IMG/VR virus record: IMGVR_UViG_3300034073_002641
Span: 1 to 64,000 of that record
DNA from: an uncultured virus (IMG/VR IMGVR_UViG_3300034073_002641)
Lineage: Duplodnaviria; Heunggongvirae; Uroviricota; Caudoviricetes
Length of the DNA: 64,000 nucleotides
Reading direction: 5' to 3' (one strand)
How positions within the stretch are numbered: the first letter of the stretch is position 1; each line of letters starts with the position of its first letter. The notes beneath the pieces are model-generated. The model worked only from the letters and a program-made list of their open reading frames with translations. It did not search any database and had not been told where the DNA came from. Of this stretch, positions 20,667-29,998 are shown piece after piece. The translations under genes and the position numbers were made by a program.

Positions 20667-21563
20667 TTGATTAAATCAATTTGGAAGCCATTTTATTATA
20701 AATCTAAACCTAATTATTATACCAAAATTGATGGGAAATATTTGGATAATAAAAAAGGAACTACTGGTTATAAAGTTATTTGGGCTTGTGATTCTTTAAC
20801 ATGTAAAACACCTAATAAATTGCACTCAATAAATGCGTGTCATTTAATTAAGGATAAATTGAATTTTGATATTCAAATATGCAGACCTTGTCAATGTAGT
20901 GGTGATGGTAATGGTAGATTTGGTGATAATAGAAAATGGAGTGATTTTCATAGTGAAGAAAGAGTTAAAGAATTAAAATTAATCTATTCTGAAAAATGGA
21001 AAGGTGCTAAAAATCCCTCTTTAATTGATGATGTTAAAATAAAAAAGAATCAAAGTATAATAAATGAAGTTTTTTTAAAAAAAATAGTAAATAAAAATGG
21101 TTTTAAATTGCTATCATTATTAGATTTAGATGGTAAAAATAGTAAATTAGTTGTTGAGTGTAAAAATGGACATATTTCTGATAAAAGATATGTTAATTTT
21201 GCTGCTAAACATAAAAAATTTATTTGTAGTTATTGTTATTATGATTCAATAAAATGTGGTTTTAAAAATGAGGATTTATTAGAATATATGAATTATGCTA
21301 AAAAAGTGCGTTCATTAACAAAAATCACATATAGAAGATATAAAGACATAATTAACCCTAACAATTATAAAATTGGTAAATACTTATATCATATTGATCA
21401 TAAGTATAGCATATTTGAAGGTTTTAAAAATAATATTCCTCCTGAAATTTTGTCAGCAAAAGAGAATTTAGAACCAATTTTGGGAAGTGAAAATTGTTCA
21501 AAACAAAGTAAATGTTCGATAACTAAAAATGAGTTATATAACTTAACTACTTATTTAAAGTAG
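20667..21563 (+). CDS. free-standing HNH-type homing endonuclease
   Basis: Zn-finger Cys clusters; C-terminal YHIDHKYS...NLE....N.SK. Confidence 0.65.
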   Translation: MIKSIWKPFYYKSKPNYYTKIDGKYLDNKKGTTGYKVIWACDSLTCKTPNKLHSINACHLIKDKLNFDIQICRPCQCSGDGNGRFGDNRKWSDFHSEERVKELKLIYSEKWKGAKNPSLIDDVKIKKNQSIINEVFLKKIVNKNGFKLLSLLDLDGKNSKLVVECKNGHISDKRYVNFAAKHKKFICSYCYYDSIKCGFKNEDLLEYMNYAKKVRSLTKITYRRYKDIINPNNYKIGKYLYHIDHKYSIFEGFKNNIPPEILSAKENLEPILGSENCSKQSKCSITKNELYNLTTYLK

Positions 21564-21598
21564 TTATATATTTATTGTAATAAAAAAAATAAACGACT

Positions 21599-23080
21599 AT
21601 GAAAAAAAACAATCAGGTCCTGGTAGAAAGTGGAATTAGAGATATTGATGCTCTTGCAAACCGTTATAATAAAGCGGAGATCTACTTTCACCAGGACCTC
21701 TGAGGGCTTGATGGTGTTACATCGGCTTTAGCTATGAAAAAATACTTGGAAGATAATGGCATTGAAGTTATTGATGCACATGTTATCCAATACGGGGATA
21801 TGGAGTTTGCTGTAAAGAAGAATGATGCCCTAGGGGATACTATGCCTGTTCTAGTGGATTTTGCACATGGAAAACCTATGTTCAAAATACATACAGATCA
21901 CCATGATAGCCAGATTGGTGTTGATACCAAAAAAACATCAGGACAATTTAAGAAAGCAAGGTCAAATGCTGAAACCATTTCACAAGTTATTTCAAAAAGT
22001 GATTTGTTTAGTGATACAGATATTTTGATAATCAATACAGTGGATTCGGCTGATTTTGTTAGACAAGGTTTAACCCCAGACAATGTTATCAATTACTTAT
22101 ATAAGTATGATAAGTCAAAATCAATGAGGGAGAATAAATTATTACTTGGTCTTGTTGCAAATAAATTATTATTGGCATTTAAGAATAAGAAAGGATTTCT
22201 TGAATATCTTGTAATGAATTCAACACCATCTATATTATCTATATTGAATAATATTAAGAAATGGATGAAAGAGAATACAGATGAATTACCAGAGGATTTG
22301 CAGATGAATGCAGAGAAATATATTGAATCAATGAAAGACAGTCCAAGTGTTAAATATGAGGATGGTATTATATATCAATATGGTATGGGTACTTTAAAGG
22401 GTACAGGATCATATGATAGATATGTTGCATTTAAGAATCAACCAGATGCAAACTTTTTGATTATTTATTGGCCATTGGGTTTAATCCAGGTTTCAAAAAA
22501 TCCATTTAAAGAAAATCCAAAATACAAGGCACTTCATTTAGGGGAATTAGCACAAAAGGTTATGGCACAATTCAAACCAATGTTGGAAGATAAGTTAATC
22601 TTATTATCAACAATGAAGTGGGTTAATGAATCAAAAGCAAAGGAAGATAGTGTTGGATTTACATACAATGATTTTCATGCAACATATGGGGATAAGTATT
22701 ATACAAAACCTGGTGCGCCAAAAACAAATGCTGAATTGAAATCAATTATGGATAAGTTATTTAGTGAATTAACAGAAGATGAGAAACAAAAATTAGATTG
22801 TGTTGCATTAAATGCTTGGGATATAATCCAAGCAAATAGTGGTGGTCATCCAAGTATTACAAACATTTCAGGATTGAACTTCATAGGTAGGGGTAAAAGG
22901 CCTCCTGGTCCAAGAACACCAAAACCAAAATCAACAGAACCAAGAACAGCATCATCAGAACCAAAATATGTCAAATCTGATTCTAAAAAAGAGGGCGGAG
23001 AGACAGAATACTTGAGTTTAATGAAAACTATTGCAAGTAAAATTAAAGATAAGTTAGAAACAGAAGTTAGCAAATATTAA
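21599..23080 (+). CDS. DHH-family phosphoesterase; N-terminal 45 codons include an in-frame TGA at 21701-21703
   Basis: FHQDL*GLDG, VDFAH, TDHH and SGGH motifs; ATG 21599 is in frame with ORF 21734 and follows TATTTAT. Confidence 0.75.
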
Positions 23081-23424
23081 CTATTAACATCAAGGACATC
23101 ACCCTCCTTGATGTTATTTTTTTTACACGTTCCCCCTATCACCTCTAACACCATATTCCCATCACCACAATATCTTTTACATCTTTCAGTTGTACATGGG
23201 GGGCAATTGTGATGTATCTTTGTGATTACATTATCATCAATCATTATTATATCCAATGGTATGATACAATTCTTCATCCAGAAACAGGATCTGGGTTCAT
23301 CCATAAGGAATAACATAGAATTAAAGGTTTCATCAAATTCCTTATTCATCATTCCTTTTTCTTTCTCTTCACGAGATATTGCCAATTTTGCTTCAAAGGT
23401 TAAATCATTTATTTTCAATTTCAT
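23077..23424 (-). CDS. DUF192-family protein
   Basis: GMM, MLF, FWMKN..IPLDII, VLEV.GG. Confidence 0.85.
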   Translation of the reverse strand: MKLKINDLTFEAKLAISREEKEKGMMNKEFDETFNSMLFLMDEPRSCFWMKNCIIPLDIIMIDDNVITKIHHNCPPCTTERCKRYCGDGNMVLEVIGGTCKKNNIKEGDVLDVNS

Positions 23425-23495
23425 GATAATTATTTATATAATAAATAGGTTTTAATCAAATTTAATTCTATTTTTGCAAAACAAAACACAAAAAA

Positions 23496-24197
23496 ATGTT
23501 AGTAATTGGTGATATTCATGGTCAAGACTTCTGGAAATCCATTGTTAATGAGCATATGGATGAGGACTATATTGTCTTTGTAGGTGATTACTTTGATTCT
23601 TATTCCATTGGGTCAAAAAAGATTTTGGATAATTTTAGGAAAATCATCAAACTTAAACAAACTTATCCAGATAAGGTTAAGTTGCTTTTGGGTAATCATG
23701 ATATTCATTATTATTACTTGAATAGTAATTATAGGGGAACAGGATTTGATTATAGCATTATGTTTGATGTAAATAACTTATTCAAGAAGCACAAAGATTT
23801 GTTCCAAGCAACATTTCTATATGGTAATACCATTGTTTCCCATGCTGGGATTACAAACAAGTTGGTTCAATCAACAGAGAATGATTATTTAACAGCATTG
23901 GATTTGGGTTGGGGTGATGTAAAAGAGCATAATGACATTGCAGACAAGTTAAACTTCTTGTTTGAAATTAGTTGCAAGACCCTTTTTTACATTGGTGATG
24001 AGAGGGGTGGTATTGATCCTTTCTCTGGTGTATTTTGGGCAGGTATGAAGGAATTGACAAATGATTATATTCCAGGATTTAACCAAGTGGTTGGTCATAC
24101 TCATTTGGATGAAAAAGTAATTAAGAAATATGATGATGCTGAATTGGTATTCATTGACACTGGAAATAAAAATGCTTATCATTTAATCAAACAATAA
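23496..24197 (+). CDS. calcineurin-like metallophosphoesterase
   Basis: GDIHG, GDYFD, GNHD, HAG, VGHT. Confidence 0.9.
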   Translation: MLVIGDIHGQDFWKSIVNEHMDEDYIVFVGDYFDSYSIGSKKILDNFRKIIKLKQTYPDKVKLLLGNHDIHYYYLNSNYRGTGFDYSIMFDVNNLFKKHKDLFQATFLYGNTIVSHAGITNKLVQSTENDYLTALDLGWGDVKEHNDIADKLNFLFEISCKTLFYIGDERGGIDPFSGVFWAGMKELTNDYIPGFNQVVGHTHLDEKVIKKYDDAELVFIDTGNKNAYHLIKQ

Positions 24198-24208
24198 ATA
24201 AAAAGAAT

Positions 24209-24625
24209 ATGAGAGAGTATGTTGGTGTATTAGTAAGACACAATAAGGAGTTTCTACTTTGCAAGAGAAGTCCAAAGAGCAATAGTTTGCCTGGAATGTG
24301 GTCAGTTCCTGCTGGGAAATTGGAAACATTTGAAACAACACATGAAGGTGCTAAAAGGGAGTTCTATGAGGAAACTAATATTCATATAACAAATAGGAAA
24401 CTAACACCTATTGCATCCATTGATAGATATTCAAGAGATGGTAGCAAGATAAATGGTAGGTTCAATGTGTTCTTATTAGACAGCCCAGATAAGAAATTAG
24501 TTCCAGATTTGGAGAATGCTATGGATGGTGATGAGCATACAGAATGTGGCTATTTTACCTATGAAGAATTAAGTGGGTTATATATAGATGATAAGATGAT
24601 GAGTTTGATTAAATCATTGTCTTGA
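24209..24625 (+). CDS. Nudix hydrolase
   Basis: G.LE..E....GAKREFYEET Nudix box. Confidence 0.9.
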   Translation: MREYVGVLVRHNKEFLLCKRSPKSNSLPGMWSVPAGKLETFETTHEGAKREFYEETNIHITNRKLTPIASIDRYSRDGSKINGRFNVFLLDSPDKKLVPDLENAMDGDEHTECGYFTYEELSGLYIDDKMMSLIKSLS

Positions 24626-24644
24626 TATATTTATAGTAAAAAAA

Positions 24645-25547
24645 ATGAAAGATAATAAATTCATTTTGCTTACTGAAAGTCAAGTAAATATTTTAGATGA
24701 ACAAAGGCTAATCCAAGAATGCACAATTGCTGCTGTTAGATTAGATGATGGGAATGTTATAGCCAAAAACAGGGATAGGGGTTATTTGGCAAAGATGGAA
24801 ATTGTCCATGAGATTGTGGATGATGTTGAGGTTATGTATTGGAGAGATACAGAAACAGACTGGTCCGAGGGAATGAATGAATACGGTATTGGAATAGTTA
24901 ATTCAAGTCTATTGGTTAGGCAAGATGAGAAGGAAAGTAATAAAGTATTCAAGTCCAAGAAAGTTAAGAACTCCAATGATGGTAAGAAAATACGTAGAGC
25001 ATTAAGTTTTAGGAATTTAAAAGATGTGATTAAATCAATCATATCTTATGACGCAGATGATCCAAAGAATGTTGGAATTAAGGGGCAGACAATTGTTGGA
25101 AGCCCAAAGAATATATATATTATTGAACTCACAAGTAAGGACACTCCGGTCATAACAAAGATGGGTGATGATAAGGTTGAGGTAAGAACCAATCATGGCA
25201 TAGTACACAAAAAAACAGGTTATATTTATGGCATAAAGAAGAAGTCATCCCATTCAAGATTGGAGTTGGCCAAAAAGCATTTGCAAGATGCTCAAAAGGA
25301 TCAAGATGTTATTGATAAGATGAAAGAACAATATAAGAAAAATAAGTTCTTGAATCCTTATAGAATGAAGAATATGTATAATATGCAGACTGTGGGGCAG
25401 ATAATGATGAATTTGGATAAGAGAGAAATTACTATTAGAATGGATAATGAAATGGGGGAATTTGTTGGAATAGATAATAGATTGCCAAAAGGGTATAAAC
25501 CAAAAATATCTGTAAGAATAGAGGGTGAGAAAACAAATAGAAAATAA
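24645..25547 (+). CDS. Ntn-hydrolase (C45/choloylglycine hydrolase-like) with N-terminal leader
   Basis: CTIAA, AKNRD, EGMNEYG, RTNH, S..R. Confidence 0.7.
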   Translation: MKDNKFILLTESQVNILDEQRLIQECTIAAVRLDDGNVIAKNRDRGYLAKMEIVHEIVDDVEVMYWRDTETDWSEGMNEYGIGIVNSSLLVRQDEKESNKVFKSKKVKNSNDGKKIRRALSFRNLKDVIKSIISYDADDPKNVGIKGQTIVGSPKNIYIIELTSKDTPVITKMGDDKVEVRTNHGIVHKKTGYIYGIKKKSSHSRLELAKKHLQDAQKDQDVIDKMKEQYKKNKFLNPYRMKNMYNMQTVGQIMMNLDKREITIRMDNEMGEFVGIDNRLPKGYKPKISVRIEGEKTNRK

Positions 25548-26017
25548 TGGAAAAAGAAGCATTAAAAAGAATATTTGAGTTCCTTGAAAAGAAGGGAGAA
25601 CATAATACTCCATTCTTGTGGAAATGGGAAAATGGTGAGCCATTAACAGAAGAAGAATTAAATATTAAAGGTGATTTGGATTTACAGGATAGAAAAATTA
25701 CCTCATTACCAAAAGGCTTGAAAATTAGTGGTTGGTTAGATTTATCTCGTTCAAAAATAAAATCACTACCAGAAGGATTGGAAATTGGTGATAGTTTATT
25801 TTTAGTAAGAACAAGCATAACTTCATTACCAAAAGGATTGAAAGTTGGGGGGCATTTAGATGTAACTGAATCTGAACTACCTTATTACTATAAAAATGAT
25901 GATCATTTAAGAAAATCAATTGAACCTGGTTTTATAAAAGGTGATATAATTTCTGAATATTACATTGATTATGATTATGAAGATGAAGATGATTATGAAG
26001 AAGATGATGATAATTAA
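25547..26017 (+). CDS. LRR-like solenoid paralog 1 (3 repeats, acidic tail)
   Basis: Shared N-cap LKRIFEFL, SLP.GL.V.G repeats, PGFIKG C-cap. Confidence 0.85.
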   Translation: MEKEALKRIFEFLEKKGEHNTPFLWKWENGEPLTEEELNIKGDLDLQDRKITSLPKGLKISGWLDLSRSKIKSLPEGLEIGDSLFLVRTSITSLPKGLKVGGHLDVTESELPYYYKNDDHLRKSIEPGFIKGDIISEYYIDYDYEDEDDYEEDDDN

Positions 26018-26025
26018 TATATGAT

Positions 26026-26673
26026 ATGAAAAAAGAAACCTTAAAAAGAATATTTGAATTCCTAAAAGAGAAGGAAGGGTATAATCTACCAGTTAAATGG
26101 AAATTGATTAATAATATACCATTAACAAAAGAAGAGTTAAATGTTAAAGGGGATTTAATTTTTGAAGGATCAGAAATTACCTCATTACCAAAAGGGTTGA
26201 AGGTTGGGGGTAATTTAAGTTTATATGCTTCAAAAATAGAATCATTACCAGAAGGATTGGAAGTTGGAGAACATTTCAATTTATCATATTCAAGCATAAA
26301 ATATTTACCAAAAGGATTGGTAGTTGAAGAAGATTTAATTTTATCATACACATCCATTGAGATACTGCCAAAAGATTTGGAGGTTAATGGGAGTATTGAT
26401 TTGGCTTTTTCAAAAATACAATCTTTACCAAAAGGTTTAAAGGTTGATGGTTATCTTGCTTTAAATAGTTGTACAACATTAAAATCATTACCCCAAGGAC
26501 TTACAGTTAGTGAGCATTTGGATTTATCAGGCACAAAAATAACCTCATTACCAAAAGGATTAGAAATTGGTGAACACCTATTTATATTAGGTACGGCATT
26601 AGAAGAATATTCAGATAATCAATTAAGAGAAATGGTTAAACCTGGATTTATAAAAGGAGGAATATTTAGATAA
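26026..26673 (+). CDS. LRR-like solenoid paralog 2 (7 repeats)
   Basis: Same caps and repeats. Confidence 0.85.
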   Translation: MKKETLKRIFEFLKEKEGYNLPVKWKLINNIPLTKEELNVKGDLIFEGSEITSLPKGLKVGGNLSLYASKIESLPEGLEVGEHFNLSYSSIKYLPKGLVVEEDLILSYTSIEILPKDLEVNGSIDLAFSKIQSLPKGLKVDGYLALNSCTTLKSLPQGLTVSEHLDLSGTKITSLPKGLEIGEHLFILGTALEEYSDNQLREMVKPGFIKGGIFR

Positions 26674-27086
26674 TGAAAAAAGAAGCATTAAAAAGAATAT
26701 TTGAATTCCTTGAAGAAAAGGAAGAACACAATCCACCATTCTTATGGAAATGGAAAAATGAAATACCATTAACAGAAAAAGATTTAGATATTGAAGGTGA
26801 TTTGGATTTGACATATTCAAATATAGAATCACTACCAGAAGGATTGGAAGTTAGTGGTGATTTGATTTTAAGTTTTTGTGATAATATAAGTTCATTACCA
26901 GAAGGGTTAATAGTTAGAGGTAATTTGATTTTACAAAATTGTTACAACTTACACTCATTACCTGAAGGATTGAAAGTTGGTGGCACTTTATACATTGATA
27001 CATCACCATTAGGTGAATATAGTAATAGTGAATTGAGAAATATGGTTGGAGATGATGGGTATTTAAAGAGGATTCATTACTTTTAA
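26673..27086 (+). CDS. LRR-like solenoid paralog 3 (3 repeats)
   Basis: Same N-cap; divergent C-cap. Confidence 0.85.
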   Translation: MKKEALKRIFEFLEEKEEHNPPFLWKWKNEIPLTEKDLDIEGDLDLTYSNIESLPEGLEVSGDLILSFCDNISSLPEGLIVRGNLILQNCYNLHSLPEGLKVGGTLYIDTSPLGEYSNSELRNMVGDDGYLKRIHYF

Positions 27087-27121
27087 GACTCCTAACTATA
27101 CTAATAATCAACATTTTATGC

Positions 27122-27151
27122 TCACAGAGGGAAATCAATTTCCCTCTGTGA
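27122..27151. terminator. hairpin terminator between convergent genes
   Basis: TCACAGAGGGGAAAT...ATTTCCCTCTGTGA inverted repeat. Confidence 0.7.
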
Positions 27152-27160
27152 AAAACCCAT

Positions 27161-27415
27161 CTAAAGAATTTGATTTTTGTTTGGAGGTGGAAACATTCTA
27201 TCTTTTAACAAGAAAAATATGCCCCATACTTGGATTATAACAACACTTAAATTCACAATGATTATTGGGTGGTCTTTTGTATAAAAGCCATACACAAGCC
27301 AAACAAATGACCCTAAAACATTAACTAGTCTAATGGTTAGAATGTCCTTAAATGTGAAAGATGTGATTGTGATGATTGTGGCAATAAAGCCAATGATTTT
27401 AATATACTGATCCAT
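27161..27415 (-). CDS. small membrane protein (YgjV/PQ-loop-like)
   Basis: Three hydrophobic helices; IR.VN.LG...W.VYG. Confidence 0.55.
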   Translation of the reverse strand: MDQYIKIIGFIATIITITSFTFKDILTIRLVNVLGSFVWLVYGFYTKDHPIIIVNLSVVIIQVWGIFFLLKDRMFPPPNKNQIL

Positions 27416-27417
27416 TT

Positions 27418-27714
27418 TTAGAATTTTAAAAAGTTGATAATATTGATTAAGCGTTTTAGTTTTATATTCAGTTCATTAAGTCTTTCCCCAGATGATTCCA
27501 TTTCATTTATTAGTTTAGTTAGGGATGGTGTGATGGTAGATAATTCTTGGAGCATATCATCATTTTTTTTATTAATGATAGATCTCTCCATATTTCTTAA
27601 TGTTAATAAAGTATTTTCAAGATGAGTTTTTTCTACCTTGGATAAATTCTCATTATATCTTTCATTTTCAACATTTGTAATTGAAGTATGTATTTCTTTT
27701 AACAGGTATTCCAT
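27418..27714 (-). CDS. hypothetical coiled-coil protein
   Basis: 98-aa ORF in the minus-strand operon. Confidence 0.5.
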   Translation of the reverse strand: MEYLLKEIHTSITNVENERYNENLSKVEKTHLENTLLTLRNMERSIINKKNDDMLQELSTITPSLTKLINEMESSGERLNELNIKLKRLINIINFLKF

Positions 27715-27715
27715 A

Positions 27716-28609
27716 TTATTTTAATTCTTTAATTATTTGGTTTATTTCAACTATGGTTTTTGCTAATTCTTTTATTTCATTTATAGTATCAATAGTTGAA
27801 TTTTTTTTATTAATTTCTTCCACCATTATTTTATGAGAATCTCTTAAATTAATCATACAAATAATTAAATTATCTTTTAATTCTTTTATGCTAGATAAAT
27901 CTGATTTTAATTTGATATAATCCAAATCAGTATAAATACTAGTTCTATTTGATTGTTGTATATAACTCAAGTAGTTTATTGATAACATCTTATCTTCATT
28001 ATCAATGATAGCATTTAAGTTTTTAGAATCCAAATATGAAATAATATTATTTGATACATTTGTTATTAATGTGTCAGAAGAATTTAATAATATTTTTATC
28101 TCTTTACTTTGTTTTTGGTTTATATAAATTCTTCCAGAAACTACTCCTATTTTAGCCCCTATATTTACGAAACCGGTTGGAGTGTTAAATGATGTTAATT
28201 TATTATTTAGGTTTATTAAGGATTCTAAATCATATTCAAGTTCTTTTATATTGTTATATAAATCATCAACATAAACATCTGATGATAAGGCCAATAATAT
28301 TTTTGAGTATGTATTAAGAATTTCAAATGAGTTTTGAAATAAAATGGTTTTTCTTTCATCCAATTTTTGTTGTGCGTATATGCTATCTAATTCTGTTAGG
28401 TGTAATGATGGTGTTGATAATGTATTGGCAAAATATACACCCCTACTTTTCCTCACATTGGATAATGTTTGGTTGAACTTTAAGGAATACTTTGGTAAAT
28501 CCTTGGTTGAGGTTGCAAACTGGTGGACATATGTCTTTTTCGTGTGGGATAATGTGTTACAACTCTGTATTACAATAGTTAATAAAATAAATGTTATAAA
28601 CTTTTTCAT
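27716..28609 (-). CDS. putative lipoprotein
   Basis: MKKFITFILLTIVIQSC lipobox-like start; TATTTAT upstream. Confidence 0.65.
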   Translation of the reverse strand: MKKFITFILLTIVIQSCNTLSHTKKTYVHQFATSTKDLPKYSLKFNQTLSNVRKSRGVYFANTLSTPSLHLTELDSIYAQQKLDERKTILFQNSFEILNTYSKILLALSSDVYVDDLYNNIKELEYDLESLINLNNKLTSFNTPTGFVNIGAKIGVVSGRIYINQKQSKEIKILLNSSDTLITNVSNNIISYLDSKNLNAIIDNEDKMLSINYLSYIQQSNRTSIYTDLDYIKLKSDLSSIKELKDNLIICMINLRDSHKIMVEEINKKNSTIDTINEIKELAKTIVEINQIIKELK

Positions 28610-28857
28610 TTTTTTACCATAAATACTATTTTTTTGAAAAAAAGATTTGGTGGTTTGAATTATTTGCTGTAAATTTGCATCAACAAAACAACCAACCACT
28701 ATGAGAAAGCCGCAAGTGTTAGAATTGACAGAAAAAAAGACAGGCAGGGTGTTTGTGCGTGAGTTCAAGACAAAAAAAGAATGTGATAGGTTTCTTCGTA
28801 ATAGTTATACTACATATTCTTGGAAAATACTTTAAAACCAAACTAAACAAAATTAAA

Positions 28858-29100
28858 ATGAGAACAGAAGTTAGAGAAAAAGAAAGAGAAATTGAATCAG
28901 TAGGTGTATTGTGGGCATGGGGCAATAATTGTAAATTATACTGTGTTGCTAGCGAACATGAGTCAGAATTCCAGTGGTGGATGTTTGGTGAAACAGGAAT
29001 GCATATGGTCATCAATAGGGGCGGATCTTACCCATATGCTTGTGAGAGGGTTAGAAACCATTGGGATGGGTTTAGAAAAAATCAACCAGAATTGGTGTAG
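28858..29100 (+). CDS. hypothetical protein
   Basis: Start taken at MRTEV; preceded by a 44-aa ORF at 28701-28835. Confidence 0.5.
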   Translation: MRTEVREKEREIESVGVLWAWGNNCKLYCVASEHESEFQWWMFGETGMHMVINRGGSYPYACERVRNHWDGFRKNQPELV

Positions 29101-29156
29101 AAAAATTTGGTCAATTCATTTCTTTGTATTAAATTTGCATCAACAAAACAACCAAC

Positions 29157-29492
29157 ATGAAAATCATAACAGCAATCAAACCTTTACTTGAAGACAAATT
29201 AGAATTTAACCCACAGGAAACAATGGGTTGGCTCACATATAATCAACCTGTGTTCTGGTCTTTTGGTGTGTCAAAAACAATAAATTTAAGCAACAAGGGT
29301 TTGCTTTTAAGAGTGTCTGCCCGTAGGCACAAAGGCTGGGTTTTAATTACATTAAATGGTAGTGATTTGTATGATGTGTATTTGGTGAATACTCTTGGAA
29401 GAGTTAAGAAAGAAATCAAAGATGTATATTGTGATGGGTTATTGGATACAATAGATGATTCAATTGAAAGAATTCCAGAGTATGTAATCTAG
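29157..29492 (+). CDS. hypothetical protein
   Basis: HKGWVLITL...DLYDV, DVYCD.L...ID..IE. Confidence 0.65.
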   Translation: MKIITAIKPLLEDKLEFNPQETMGWLTYNQPVFWSFGVSKTINLSNKGLLLRVSARRHKGWVLITLNGSDLYDVYLVNTLGRVKKEIKDVYCDGLLDTIDDSIERIPEYVI

Positions 29493-29508
29493 TGTTAAAA
29501 AGAATCAA

Positions 29509-29595
29509 TGGGTGAACCACACTTCCAGGAGTAGCCTGCCAATAGGGCTTCTGATAAGAAAGGTCAATGTGTGGCTATGATGATGACCTAACCCA
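29509..29595 (+). ncRNA. putative structured RNA with pseudoknot
   Basis: Four complementary pairings in an intergenic region (see findings). Confidence 0.45.
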
Positions 29596-29668
29596 GAAAA
29601 TAATGAAAAAAATATTTGGTTAATTCAATCTTTTACTTTAAATTTGCATCAACAAAAAAAACAAGACT

Positions 29669-29935
29669 ATGACACATAACATTAGAGTAATTTACAAGAA
29701 TGAGAATTTAATCAATGAGAATTTTGTTGATAAGACACAGTTCAAGTTATTCCTAAAATCTATACACGGATCCTTACAGTTAAAGAATACCCTCCAGTTC
29801 TATAATGGAAATGATTTCTTAATCAATGTTCCTTATAAGATTTTATCCAAATGTGTCATCTTGACAAAAGTGGAGGATTATACAATCACAGATCATATAA
29901 TCAACAAATCAAAGATTGAAACTTTAGTAGATTGA
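29669..29935 (+). CDS. hypothetical protein
   Basis: 88-aa ORF; GC hairpin at 29942-29970 follows. Confidence 0.6.
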   Translation: MTHNIRVIYKNENLINENFVDKTQFKLFLKSIHGSLQLKNTLQFYNGNDFLINVPYKILSKCVILTKVEDYTITDHIINKSKIETLVD

Positions 29936-29998
29936 TTAAAACCCCCTACTCAAATGCCTGGGTAGGGGGGATTATTAACTAAACAAAAAAAAATAATA

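Larger units (their letters stand above)
28646..29660 (+). promoter_or_regulatory. three near-identical promoter cassettes TTTGG-N19-TAAATTTGCATCAACAAAA
   Basis: -7 boxes at 28670, 29130 and 29639, each before a small ORF. Confidence 0.8.

Noticed and set aside
21701..21703. Selenocysteine or genome-wide TGA reassignment
   Set aside because: The position is not Cys-equivalent, no tRNA-Sec was seen, and TGA ends many genes here (ATGA overlaps).
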